Positions 1-10,765 of a stretch of 64,000 nt of DNA are shown in pieces (the stretch's first letter is position 1; the number at the start of each line of letters is the position of its first letter). The notes beneath the pieces are model-generated. The model saw only the letters and a list, made by a program, of their open reading frames with translations. It was not told the origin of the DNA and made no database searches. This DNA is from Thermodesulfobacteriota bacterium. Its GTDB lineage: Bacteria > Desulfobacterota > Desulfovibrionia > Desulfovibrionales > Desulfovibrionaceae. The translations under genes were made by a program, and so were the position numbers. Where the stretch lies: NCBI GenBank assembly GCA_040753075.1, contig JBFMHA010000007.1:18472-82471 (forward strand). The letters are read 5' to 3'.

Positions 1-922
<922 letters not shown>

Positions 923-1035
923 GCGAAACGGCCGCCACCCCGCAAGCCGCGTCCCGTGCGGGCTGCGAGTCGCCCGGGCTCGGTGGGTCTTTGACAGCCA
1001 AATAGCGATAATGATATCAACGCATTCCCGGAAGA
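923..1035 (+). promoter_or_regulatory. CRISPR leader with candidate pre-crRNA promoter
   Basis: 113 nt lie between the cas2 stop and repeat 1, becoming AT-richer toward the array. TTGACA at 991-996 and TATCAA at 1015-1020 (18-nt spacer) form a plausible sigma-70 promoter. Repeat orientation matches the canonical I-E direction. Confidence 0.5.
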
Positions 1036-4000
1036 GTGTTCCCCGCGCCCGCGGGGATGAACCAGGTGGATGGTCATATTGTAGTCACCCTGACACGTGT
1101 TCCCCGCGCCCGCGGGGATGAACCGCTCACGGCGATGCGCTTCCGAATCACGTCGCAGTGTTCCCCGCGCCCGCGGGGATGAACCGGCCAACTACGCCGA
1201 GGCGATTGAGCTTTTCTTGTGTTCCCCGCGCCCGCGGGGATGAACCGCCTGTGGAGGACTGACTCATGACCGCCACCGAGTGTTCCCCGCGCCCGCGGGG
1301 ATGAACCGTAGGAGGCTCACCATGTCCATGCAGGAACATCGTGTTCCCCGCGCCCGCGGGGATGAACCGGCCCTGCATGTCCTCGTTTGCGATAGCCGGG
1401 GGTGTTCCCCGCGCCCGCGGGGATGAACCGGCCTGCCGCAGGCCGAAGCGGTTCTTCTCCAAGTGTTCCCCGCGCCCGCGGGGATGAACCGATGTCCCAC
1501 CGGCCGTCCTTGTACGCGGTGCGGTGTTCCCCGCGCCCGCGGGGATGAACCGGCCCTGTAAACGCTGCGCCTGCTCAACTTGGCGTGTTCCCCGCGCCCG
1601 CGGGGATGAACCGTTTAGTACCCCCTTGACTGCTACTTGTTGTATGTGTTCCCCGCGCCCGCGGGGATGAACCGAGCAAATCCCCCAGGAACGTCGCGGT
1701 CCACATGTGTTCCCCGCGCCCGCGGGGATGAACCGTAGACCGTAGCCTCCTTTGCACTGCCGATGTTGTGTTCCCCGCGCCCGCGGGGATGAACCGGAAA
1801 CCAAGGCGGCGCGGGCCGCCTAGCATCCGTGTTCCCCGCGCCCGCGGGGATGAACCGCCCCCGCGAGGGGGGCCTTGGTGGGGAGGTGGGTGTTCCCCGC
1901 GCCCGCGGGGATGAACCGTTGTCCACCACCGGCACGGCCGCCAGCGCGAGGTGTTCCCCGCGCCCGCGGGGATGAACCGAACTAGGCTTTATCCGCCCTA
2001 CTCGGGCACCCGTGTTCCCCGCGCCCGCGGGGATGAACCGGACGTGAGATCTGGCCGTGCGCCACACCCACGGTGTTCCCCGCGCCCGCGGGGATGAACC
2101 GCCGCTGCCTTTCTACCGGCTTGGATATTGGCCGTGTTCCCCGCGCCCGCGGGGATGAACCGTTCGGGGCCTCGTCCACCGTAATCTCGGTGTAGTGTTC
2201 CCCGCGCCCGCGGGGATGAACCGTCCACGGTCTGCTGACCCGCACGAATCAGCCCGTGTTCCCCGCGCCCGCGGGGATGAACCGGACGGTTGCGTGTCTT
2301 GGCTGGAGTAAAATGGGTGTTCCCCGCGCCCGCGGGGATGAACCGGCGGGCGCTCAGGGTCTCGTGCGGGTCGCCGGCGTGTTCCCCGCGCCCGCGGGGA
2401 TGAACCGGGACGCCGTGCGCTTTCGCAACAAGACCGCGTGTGTTCCCCGCGCCCGCGGGGATGAACCGATCATATTGGCCGATTATCCGCTGCAGGCGGT
2501 GTGTTCCCCGCGCCCGCGGGGATGAACCGGCCCGACGCGAGGCGGACGAGCGCCTGGATGAGTGTTCCCCGCGCCCGCGGGGATGAACCGAGAGGCGAAC
2601 CGCTCCAGGTCGTACTCGGCCAGTGTTCCCCGCGCCCGCGGGGATGAACCGAGTCCATGCCTGATAAGGGCGGGGAGTGGGAAGTGTTCCCCGCGCCCGC
2701 GGGGATGAACCGGACGAGCGCGACAAGTTCCGGGGCGCGGCCCGGTGTTCCCCGCGCCCGCGGGGATGAACCGACAACAACCTTGTCCTCTACCGGCCAG
2801 ATGTTGTGTTCCCCGCGCCCGCGGGGATGAACCGTACAGCGTGGACAACGAGGCCCGGCGCGACCTGTGTTCCCCGCGCCCGCGGGGATGAACCCCTCGC
2901 CCGCGATGTCCCCCAGGGCCGCAGCCAGTGTTCCCCGCGCCCGCGGGGATGAACCGACCTGGGGCGTGCCCTGGACCGCCCGCGAGTTGTGTTCCCCGCG
3001 CCCGCGGGGATGAACCGGCCACCGACGAACCCGGAGTCCGCTACCGCGAGTGTTCCCCGCGCCCGCGGGGATGAACCGGCCATAAACATGAACGTGGCCA
3101 TCCTGTACGCGTGTTCCCCGCGCCCGCGGGGATGAACCGCTGACGGGAACCAGTAGCTTAGTATCCCTCGCGTGTTCCCCGCGCCCGCGGGGATGAACCG
3201 CTCCGGGCCTATTTGGACGTGCTCCTCTCGAAGTGTTCCCCGCGCCCGCGGGGATGAACCGGAGCGGGGCGGGCCCGAGGGCCTGGCCTGGCCGTGTTCC
3301 CCGCGCCCGCGGGGATGAACCGACAGCAGAGCCGTCAAGACAGCAGAGTCGTCAGTGTTCCCCGCGCCCGCGGGGATGAACCGATGGAGGGTGCGACAGT
3401 TGCAAAGCGTGTGGAGTGTTCCCCGCGCCCGCGGGGATGAACCGGGGCGCCCATACTGGCGAGGCTACGGCCGAATGTGTTCCCCGCGCCCGCGGGGATG
3501 AACCGTTGGAACTCAGCCTTGCGCGTCTGGGTTGGTGGTGTTCCCCGCGCCCGCGGGGATGAACCGTCCCAGCTGTAACCGTCCCATTCGCAAGCGCCGT
3601 GTTCCCCGCGCCCGCGGGGATGAACCGCCAGCCTCCCCTGCACCACCTTCTGCCGTGGCGTGTTCCCCGCGCCCGCGGGGATGAACCGCACATCGTGCCG
3701 GTGGAGGAGGGCAACCACGAGTGTTCCCCGCGCCCGCGGGGATGAACCGATTCACCCGCTCCCTTCCCTCTCTTCTCCGCCGTGTTCCCCGCGCCCGCGG
3801 GGATGAACCGAGGCCCAGGTACTCCTCGTCCCCCGCCAGCCAGTGTTCCCCGCGCCCGCGGGGATGAACCGCACCATGTCCGTGAGGCCGTAGGCCACAT
3901 CCTGTGTTCCCCGCGCCCGCGGGGATGAACCGTTCCCCAGCCTGGCCGCCTCCTACGGCTGGACGTGTTCCCCGCGCCCGCGGGGATGAACCGGAGGCAT

Positions 4001-4786
4001 GTTCGAATGAGCAGAAGGAGCAAGTGTGTTCCCCGCGCCCGCGGGGATGAACCGGAAGGGGAGGACGGCAAAGGGCCGGTGACCAAGTGTTCCCCGCGCC
4101 CGCGGGGATGAACCGTCCATCCTGCGGGACGAGTAGGACCCGACAACGTGTTCCCCGCGCCCGCGGGGATGAACCGTGCATCATCGACACCCTGGCCGAG
4201 CGCGTGGGGTGTTTCCCGCGCCCGCGGGGATGAACCGGACGCGCTGTGTGAGTTCCTGAATGTGCGTGCGTGTTCCCCGCGCCCGCGGGGATGAACCGAG
4301 GTTGCCGTGAGCGTGTTCGAGCGGGTTAAGGTGTTCCCCGCGCCCGCGGGGATGAACCGCCTTACGTCCACGACATCACAGGATACGTGGCGTGTTCCCC
4401 GCGCCGGCGGGGATGAACCGTACGATTACGAGAGAGCCATCCTTGACCGCGAGTGTTCCCCGCGCCCGCGGGGATGAACCGTCCGAACGGACTGCCCACC
4501 TGTTCAAGAGCGGGTGTTCCCCGCGCCGGCGGGGATGAACCGCGTCCCGAGCGGATGCGGGAATACTTTGCCAGGTGTTCCCCGCGCCCGCGGGGATGAA
4601 CCGTCCACGGGCATCTCGGCCGCGCGGTCCCGGTCGTGTTCCCCGCGCCCGCGGGGATGAACCGTACCCGGTGCGGGTGGCCGCGGTGGAAAAGGTGTGT
4701 TCCCCGCGCCCGCGGGGATGAACCGGACAGCTTGTCGGCGCCAGAGACGAAGTCGGTGTGTTCCCCGCGCCCGCGGGGATGAACCC
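1036..4786 (+). CRISPR. Type I-E CRISPR array, 62 repeats / 61 spacers
   Basis: The 29-nt repeat GTGTTCCCCGCGCCCGCGGGGATGAACCG recurs with a 61-nt period. Starts were traced one by one: 1036, 1097, 1158 ... 4697, 4758. All spacers are 32 nt except spacer 22 (2346-2378), which is 33 nt. Variant repeats start at 1036, 2867, 4209, 4392, 4514 and 4758. Confidence 0.98.
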
Positions 4787-4896
4787 GCCGTGAGTACCAG
4801 AAGGGCCACTCTTGAGGAAACGGAGTATTACGAAACTAGACTTAAGTAAGGGGATTATCAAATATCAGGAACCGCCAGAAAACAAAGAGCCTTGAA

Positions 4897-4941
4897 CTCA
4901 TAATCAGTTGGTTCAAGGTTCAAGTCCTTGGTGGCCCACCA
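4897..4941 (+). pseudogene. tRNA(CAU) (Met/Ile2-like) 3' fragment, possible integration-site scar
   Basis: Elements appear in correct order and spacing: ctcataa (anticodon loop, CAT), tcagt, tggtt (variable), caagg-ttcaagt-ccttg (T arm), gtggccc (3' acceptor), a, cca. The matching 5' anticodon stem, D arm and 5' acceptor strand are absent upstream. Confidence 0.5.
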
Positions 4942-4976
4942 GAAAAAACAAGGGGTCGGACAGATGTCCGGCCCCT
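4942..4976 (-). terminator. Rho-independent terminator of the GGDEF gene
   Basis: A 10-bp stem pairs 4951-4960 with 4967-4976 (one G-U) around a 6-nt loop. On the minus strand it is followed by TGTTTTTTCT (4941-4950). It sits 23 nt after the stop at 4999. Confidence 0.65.
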
Positions 4977-4998
4977 TTAATAATCTTTGCAGGCTTGC

Positions 4999-5916
4999 TC
5001 AGAGTTCAGCGTCCACATGCACGCAGTTGCGGCCTGCCTCCTTGCTCCGGTAGACCTGCCGGTCGGCGCGGTCCACCACGTCCGGGGCGCTTTCCCCGGG
5101 CCGGGACACCGCGCCGCCGAAGGACGCCGTGGCCGTGATCCGCTCCTCCCCGTGGTCCAGCCAACTGTTCTCCACCAGCATGCGCAGGCGTTCGCCCATG
5201 CCAAGGAGCGCCTCCGCAGTGGTGTTGGGAACCAGAAGCACGAACTCCTCGCCGCCCCAGCGGCAGGCCACGTCGAGCCCGCGCAGGCCGTGCGCCAGGG
5301 TCTGGGCCACCATGCGCAGCACCTGGTCGCCCACGTGGTGGCCCCAAGCGTCGTTCACCTTCTTGAAATGGTCGATGTCCACGAAGAGCACGCCGAAGGG
5401 CACGCCGTGCTCGACCAGGGAGGTCTCCAGCCCGGCCAGGGTGATGTCGGCATAGCGCCGGTTGCCGATGCCCGTGAGCTGGTCGGCGAGCACTTCCCGG
5501 CGAAGGGCCTCGATCTCCTGGAGGATGTTGATTGCCTTGGAGTTGCTGGAGAAGACCTCGACCGCGCCGATGATGGTCCCGTCCTCGCCGCGCATGGGTG
5601 AGGCGCGCACCGACACCGGGACGCGGTGTCCGAGCTTGTGGTGCATGAAGACTTCGGCCTCGCGCACCTTGCCGTCGTTCATGGCGCCGGCAAGAGGGCA
5701 TCCCTGGAGGCAGAGCTCCCGGCCGTCGGCGTCCACGTGGCGCAGGATGTTGTCCGCGCAGCGCTTGCCCGCCACCTCCTGGGCCGAATAGCCGCTGATG
5801 CGCTCGGCGGCCTTGTTCCAGTAGGTCACCCGCCGGTCGAGGTCCACGAAATAGACTCCGTCCGCCATGGAGTCCAGCAGCTTCCGGTAGAAGTGCATGT
5901 CCATGGAGTCGTCCAT
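4999..5916 (-). CDS. PAS-domain diguanylate cyclase (GGDEF)
   Basis: 305 aa. N-terminal PAS-like segment (DGVYFVDLDRRVTYWNKAAERISGY) and C-terminal GGDEF domain with the RWGGEEF motif. Confidence 0.9.
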   Translation of the reverse strand: MDDSMDMHFYRKLLDSMADGVYFVDLDRRVTYWNKAAERISGYSAQEVAGKRCADNILRHVDADGRELCLQGCPLAGAMNDGKVREAEVFMHHKLGHRVPVSVRASPMRGEDGTIIGAVEVFSSNSKAINILQEIEALRREVLADQLTGIGNRRYADITLAGLETSLVEHGVPFGVLFVDIDHFKKVNDAWGHHVGDQVLRMVAQTLAHGLRGLDVACRWGGEEFVLLVPNTTAEALLGMGERLRMLVENSWLDHGEERITATASFGGAVSRPGESAPDVVDRADRQVYRSKEAGRNCVHVDAEL

Positions 5917-6177
5917 GATGGAAAACCTCCTCCAGGCAGGCCCGAGAACTCTCGCCTTCCCTCAGCGCAGCCGCCGGATGCCCGATTCCGTCCCGCTTCG
6001 CCGGAGTTCGGCCTGGGGCTGGAAACACCAGGCCGGGTGATGGTCCTACCGTAATGAATAACTCAACCTGCTCGCATGCCGCAAGTCGGCTTCGGATTGT
6101 CCGGCATCACGCGTGGCTCTGCTGCGGCCGGAGTTCTGCGGAGGAGTGTCCTGGATGGGGCGGAGCGCCAAGCCGAC

Positions 6178-8106
6178 TCAGGGCTCGGGAAACACCCAGG
6201 TCCCGGCCCCGTAAGGCGGCAGGTCAGCGCTCCAGGCCGATTCCCCGGTAGGGACGGGAAGGGGAGCGCCGTTCAGGGCCGCGGGGGGCGGGCCCGGAAG
6301 CGGGCGGCGCACCGTGAGCCGGGCCGGGGCGGCCCGGGGGTTGGCGAAGACCAGGACCAGCCGGCCGTCCAGGGCCGCGGTGCGGGTGAGGACCGGGCCG
6401 TCCGCGAGCAGGGCCGCGGGAGCCTCCCAACTCGCCAGCAGGAGCGGCCCCAGTTCGGCCAGTTCGGCGTTGAGGGCGCCGATGCTCTCCCAGAGCGGAC
6501 TCTCGGGCAGGTGCCAGTGGGTGCGCGCCGGGTTGGCGGGCATGCCTGCGGCCAGGGGTTCGAACGTGGCGTAGGCGTAGTACATGACGCCCGCGGCTCC
6601 GGCGGTCAGGGCTGCGTATGCCTGGGCCCGGACCTGGTCCGGGGTGGGCGCGAAGCCCCTCCAGCGCTCGGTGTCCGCGGTGAAGAGCTGGGGGACCGCG
6701 ATGACCGCGGCCTGCGGGTCTCCGGCCAGATGGACCGTCCGGCAGATGCGCACAGACTCGGCGGCCAGGCTCACGTCGCTGCGGGGGCCGTCCACGGGGT
6801 AGGGGTCGCTGAGCACCAGGTCCGCGAAGCGGTGCGGGCCGAAGCCGGCGCAGGCGTTGTCCGCCGCGGCCAGCACCGGTCGCAGCGGGTCCGCGGCCTT
6901 GAGTCGGCGGAAGGCGGCCGCTGCCCGGGGCGCGGCGTCCGCAGTGGGCTCGTCCCAGGCGTACCAGCCCAGGGCGTTGGGTTCGGCCCGTTGCGCGGCC
7001 AGGGCCTCGGGCCCGGCGCCGCCCAGCTCCGACACCACCAGGAGCCCGTGCCGCGCCGCGGCCCGGTGGAACTCCGGCGAGGCCGGGGTCCAGGAGTGGT
7101 GCACGGTGTTGAAGCCGCGAGCGGCCAGGGAGGCGAGCATGGCCTCCCGGTCCGGGGCCTGGGTTCCGCCGGCGGAGGCGGGCTCGGCCGCCAGGCGCTC
7201 CAGCACCGGGTCCGAGGCGTGGAAGATGCCGATGGGAAAGAAGGGCGCGCCGTCCCTGGACAGGCGGCCGTCCGCCAGGACCGCCGGGGCCGGGACCGGC
7301 GGCGCGGCGCGCAGGGACCATACCCAAAGGCCCCGGCCGCGGCTCTCCGCGGCCGAGAGCTGGTACTCGCCGGCGGGAAGCGGAGGCAGGGGAAGTTCGG
7401 CCCGTCCCTGGCCGGACACCTCCGCCTCGGCCGTGGTGGTGGGGCCGCCATGCTCCCGGGGCTCCATCCGGAGATGGAATGCGGCAGTCCCCTCCCGGCT
7501 CTCCAGGTCCAGGGCCACGGCCTGCCCCGGGACGCCGGCCAGGAGGGTCCGGCTGCCGGGCCAGGCCAGCCGCGCCTCCAGGTCCGGGGCGGGGAGGGGG
7601 GCCAGGTCCAGCCCGGCCAGCTCCAGGGCGGCGTCCGGGGGCAGGTCGCCCACGACGGCCAGTTGCAGGACCGGAGTCGCCCCCTCGGGCAGTCCGGCCA
7701 GGTCGAAGACCGCCTCGGCCGTGCGGGCCTGGCCGTCGGCGGTCAGGGGCAGGATGTGGCGCACCGCGGGGATGGCCCAGCCCGGCCCGGCCGAGATCCA
7801 GGCCGCCAGGGGCAGGGCCGGCCCTGTTGCCCGGTAGGCGAACCTGAGCCGCGCCCTGCCGCGATCTGCAGCCAGTTCCGGCGCGGGCCGGTGCAGGGTG
7901 AACACGGTGAAGCCGGGGCGCGCCACGGTCAGGCGCAGTTCGCGCCCCTGGGCCGAGCCTTGCGCCGTCACCTGGCCAGGCCCGCGCAGGGCCAGGTCAT
8001 GCCAGCCGGCCGGCGCGGCGCATGCCGCCAGGACCAGGGCCAGGACTCCGGCCAGGAGGAGGCTGGGCCGGACCGGGGAGCGGTCGGTGGAGGTTGCTGC
8101 AGCCAA
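6178..8106 (-). CDS. Secreted lipoprotein with glycoside-hydrolase-like central region (function tentative)
   Basis: 642 aa. Lipobox-type signal LLLAGVLALVLAAC and TIM-barrel-like motifs FNTVHHSW and GWYAWDEP. The opposite-strand 789-aa ORF is an R/G/P-rich shadow. Confidence 0.65.
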   Translation of the reverse strand: MAAATSTDRSPVRPSLLLAGVLALVLAACAAPAGWHDLALRGPGQVTAQGSAQGRELRLTVARPGFTVFTLHRPAPELAADRGRARLRFAYRATGPALPLAAWISAGPGWAIPAVRHILPLTADGQARTAEAVFDLAGLPEGATPVLQLAVVGDLPPDAALELAGLDLAPLPAPDLEARLAWPGSRTLLAGVPGQAVALDLESREGTAAFHLRMEPREHGGPTTTAEAEVSGQGRAELPLPPLPAGEYQLSAAESRGRGLWVWSLRAAPPVPAPAVLADGRLSRDGAPFFPIGIFHASDPVLERLAAEPASAGGTQAPDREAMLASLAARGFNTVHHSWTPASPEFHRAAARHGLLVVSELGGAGPEALAAQRAEPNALGWYAWDEPTADAAPRAAAAFRRLKAADPLRPVLAAADNACAGFGPHRFADLVLSDPYPVDGPRSDVSLAAESVRICRTVHLAGDPQAAVIAVPQLFTADTERWRGFAPTPDQVRAQAYAALTAGAAGVMYYAYATFEPLAAGMPANPARTHWHLPESPLWESIGALNAELAELGPLLLASWEAPAALLADGPVLTRTAALDGRLVLVFANPRAAPARLTVRRPLPGPPPAALNGAPLPVPTGESAWSADLPPYGAGTWVFPEP

Positions 8107-8260
8107 GGCGGCGGTCCGGCATCCTGCTGGTGGGGGTGCGTCGCTCCCGGGCGCGGGGCTCTGCGCTCCGTCCCGGGGAGTCAGGACGGCACGTTAGCAG
8201 CCCTGGCGGGGCGGGACAAGGGGGCGCCGGGATGGGGGACGCCGGAATGCGTCCGTCGGG

Positions 8261-8890
8261 TCAGTCGAAGGCCGCGGGCCGGGAGGGGTCGGCCAGGGCC
8301 GCGGCGATGTCCGCCAGGTGGCGGGGTTCGGTGCGGGGGGAGGAGAGGGGCGGCAGGGCGTCCAGGGGAAAGAAGTCCACGGCCGCGGTTTCATGGCTGG
8401 GGGTGGGGGTTCCGTCCAGGATGTCGCAGAGGAAGACGATCTTGAAGGCGTGGAAGAATTCCAGGGGCAGGCCGCGGCGGTTGGCGTCGTAGACCCCGAC
8501 CACCCGGGTGGGCAGCACGTGGAGGCCGCTCTCCTCGAAGGTCTCGCGGGCCGCGGCCGAGGAGGGCGCCTCGCCCACGTCGGCCCAGCCGCCGGGCAGG
8601 GACCAGCGCATGTCCAGGCGCTCCTGGACCAGGAGGATGCGGTTGTCCCGGATGCAGGCCGCGCGCACGTCGCATTTGACCGTGGCGTAGCCGGGCTGGA
8701 GGCTGAAGGCCGCGAGCGCGTCCGGCGCGGGCAGGCCGGCGTGGGCCGCGGTGATCTCCGCGGCCAGGTCGCGCAGCCGGGCGTAGTTCTGGCGGTCGTA
8801 GTGGCCTTCGGTGTGGTGCAGCCCGGTCTGGGCGATGGCCTGGAGAATCCGGGCCCATTCGAGCCACCGGGGGATGGGGGCGTCGGGCAT
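8261..8890 (-). CDS. NUDIX hydrolase with N-terminal helical domain
   Basis: 209 aa. Nudix box GGWADVGEAPSSAAARETFEESG. Lies 7 nt downstream of the trmFO stop. Confidence 0.85.
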   Translation of the reverse strand: MPDAPIPRWLEWARILQAIAQTGLHHTEGHYDRQNYARLRDLAAEITAAHAGLPAPDALAAFSLQPGYATVKCDVRAACIRDNRILLVQERLDMRWSLPGGWADVGEAPSSAAARETFEESGLHVLPTRVVGVYDANRRGLPLEFFHAFKIVFLCDILDGTPTPSHETAAVDFFPLDALPPLSSPRTEPRHLADIAAALADPSRPAAFD

Positions 8891-8897
8891 GGCCTTG

Positions 8898-10202
8898 CTA
8901 GCCTCCGAATCCGGCCTTCCAGGCGGCCAGGGCCTCGCGGCCGCGCTCGGCGTAGAGGGCCATGCGCTTGCGCTTGCCGGCGCGCCGGTTGAGCGGTGGC
9001 ATGAGGCCGAACTGGACGTTGGTGGGCTGGAAGTTCCTGACCGGGGTCCGGAGATGGCCGAGCAGCGCGCCCAGGGCGGTCTCCCGCGGGGGCAGGGGGG
9101 CGTTCCGGGCCAGGTGCAGGCCCAGCCACAGGCCGCAGGACGCGGACTCCACGTAGCCTTCCACCCCGGTTATCTGGCCGGCCAGGAAGATGCGCGGGTC
9201 GGCCCGGAGCGCCAGCTCCGGGGTGAGCACCGCCGGCGCGTCCACGTAGGTGTTGCGGTGGATGCTGCCCAGGCGCAGGAACTCGGCGTTCTCCAGGCCC
9301 GGGATGAGGCGGAGCACCCGCTTCTGCTCCGGGTAGGTGAGCTTGGTCTGGAAGCCCACCAGGTTGAGGGCCGTGCGCTCCAGGTTCTCGGGCCGCAGCT
9401 GGACCACTGCAAACGATTGCTTGCCGGTGCGCGGGTCCTCGAGGCCCACGGGCTTGAGCGGGCCGAAGGCCAGGGTCATGTCCCCCCGCTCGGCCATGAC
9501 CTCCACGGGCAGGCAGCCCTCGAAGTGGGCCTCATCCTCGAAGTCGCGGGGCTTCACCTTCTCGCCGGCCTTGAGCTCGGCCACCAGGCGCAGGTACTGG
9601 GCCTCGTCCAGGGGGCAGTTCAGGTAGTCCTTCTCCTCGGGCTTGTAGCGCGAGGCCCAGAAGCAGATGTCCTGGTTCACGCTCTCGGCGTCCACGATGG
9701 GCGCGATGGCGTCGTAGAAGGCCAGGCGGTCTTTGCCCACGCGCCGGGCCAGGTCCTCGGCCAGGGCGTCCGAGGCCAGGGGGCCGGCGGCCGCCACCAC
9801 CGCGTCGGCGCCGGCCAGGTCCGGGTCGTCCAGGGAGGCCACCTCCCGGCGCACCAGGGTGATGCCCGGGTGGGACGCGAGCTTTTCGGTGATCCAGGCG
9901 GAGAACCGCTCCCGGTCCACGGCCAGGGCCTTGCCCGCGGGCACGCGGGTGGCGGCGGCCGCCGCCATGGTGAGGCTGCCCAGGGCGCGCATCTCCTCCT
10001 TGAGCAGGCCCACCGCGGTTTCCGGATCGTCGGAGCGCAGGGAGTTGGAGCAGACCAGCTCGGCCAGGCCGGGGCTCACGTGGGCCGGGGAGTAGCGGTC
10101 CGGCTTCATCTCGAAGAGGGTCACGGCCCGGCCGGCGTTGGCCAGGGCGAAGGCGCACTCGCAGCCGGCCAGGCCGGCCCCGATGACGGCGATGAAAGAC
10201 AT
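8898..10202 (-). CDS. trmFO: Methylenetetrahydrofolate--tRNA-(uracil54-C5)-methyltransferase TrmFO
   Basis: 434 aa from ATG 10202 ([24 protein letters not shown] fold). Full-length TrmFO/Gid-like sequence. The 186 upstream codons of the track ORF are a shadow extension. Confidence 0.9.
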   Translation of the reverse strand: MSFIAVIGAGLAGCECAFALANAGRAVTLFEMKPDRYSPAHVSPGLAELVCSNSLRSDDPETAVGLLKEEMRALGSLTMAAAAATRVPAGKALAVDRERFSAWITEKLASHPGITLVRREVASLDDPDLAGADAVVAAAGPLASDALAEDLARRVGKDRLAFYDAIAPIVDAESVNQDICFWASRYKPEEKDYLNCPLDEAQYLRLVAELKAGEKVKPRDFEDEAHFEGCLPVEVMAERGDMTLAFGPLKPVGLEDPRTGKQSFAVVQLRPENLERTALNLVGFQTKLTYPEQKRVLRLIPGLENAEFLRLGSIHRNTYVDAPAVLTPELALRADPRIFLAGQITGVEGYVESASCGLWLGLHLARNAPLPPRETALGALLGHLRTPVRNFQPTNVQFGLMPPLNRRAGKRKRMALYAERGREALAAWKAGFGG

Positions 10203-10228
10203 GCGGCGTGGTTCCGTAGGGTAAGAGG

Positions 10229-10696
10229 CTAACTGTTCTTGGGCCGGGGGTAGCGCGGCCGGTCCTTGACGGTATCGTAGAAGGCTTCGGGGCCCATCTC
10301 CCGGATGGCTGCGGTGCTCGCGCGCCACAGGGCGTCCAGGTGGGACGGCAGGTTCGCCTTGGCGCAGGGGAATTCGGCGCACTCGGCGCAGTAGTCCACG
10401 CCCCGCTCCCGGGTGCAGCGGCTCACCTCGCACCCGGCGAACAGGCACTTCCCCGAGCGGCAACCGGGGCAGGCGCCGCCGTCGGCCAGGTGGTCGAGCA
10501 GGGCCGCGAAGCCAGGATATTGGGCGAACACCGGGTTCATCTGCGCGAACCGCTCGGCGTAGGAGGAGAAGCCGCCCATCTCCCCGCGCAGTTCGCGGGC
10601 CAGGGTCGCGATGCGGCTGTCCGGATTGGCCAGGCACTTGCCGCAGTCCAGGCCGCAGGGGGCCATGATCTCCCGGACGGGCTTGGTCATTGACAT
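10229..10696 (-). CDS. DUF3795-type cysteine-rich protein
   Basis: 155 aa. N-terminal CGLDCGKC plus CPGCRSGKC and CAECAEFPC motifs typical of DUF3795. Heads the DUF3795-trmFO-nudix gene string. Confidence 0.8.
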   Translation of the reverse strand: MSMTKPVREIMAPCGLDCGKCLANPDSRIATLARELRGEMGGFSSYAERFAQMNPVFAQYPGFAALLDHLADGGACPGCRSGKCLFAGCEVSRCTRERGVDYCAECAEFPCAKANLPSHLDALWRASTAAIREMGPEAFYDTVKDRPRYPRPKNS

Positions 10697-10765
10697 TTCC
10701 TCCGATTGGCAACAGGTTCGCCAGGGCCCCCTTCCTTACACACCAACGCGTCCAAGGCAACGCCC

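Noticed and set aside
4803-4941. Possible full-length or intron-containing tRNA. GGGCCAC at 4803-4809 is complementary to the 3' acceptor strand GTGGCCC at 4931-4937.
   Set aside because: The 139-nt span has no D arm or 5' anticodon stem and no foldable cloverleaf that I could draw. A 7-mer match at this distance can be chance. I kept only the 3' fragment call.
6076-8445. 789-aa plus-strand ORF and several other long ORFs overlapping 6178-8106.
   Set aside because: The translation is Arg/Gly/Pro-dominated with no domain-like segments. The minus-strand frame gives a lipoprotein signal and enzyme-like motifs.
10706-10765. N-terminal over-extensions of track ORFs. Examples are 10706 vs 10766, 15200 vs 15080, 25193 vs 25268, 33361 vs 33298, 35403 vs 35340, 38414 vs 38309, 47433 vs 47364, 53754 vs 53616, 53642 vs 53963, 59344 vs 59296 and 60787 vs 60826.
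   Set aside because: In each case the family-conserved N-terminus, signal peptide or catalytic Met-Cys begins at an internal ATG, and the upstream residues are atypical. The starts were re-set, though they remain predictions.
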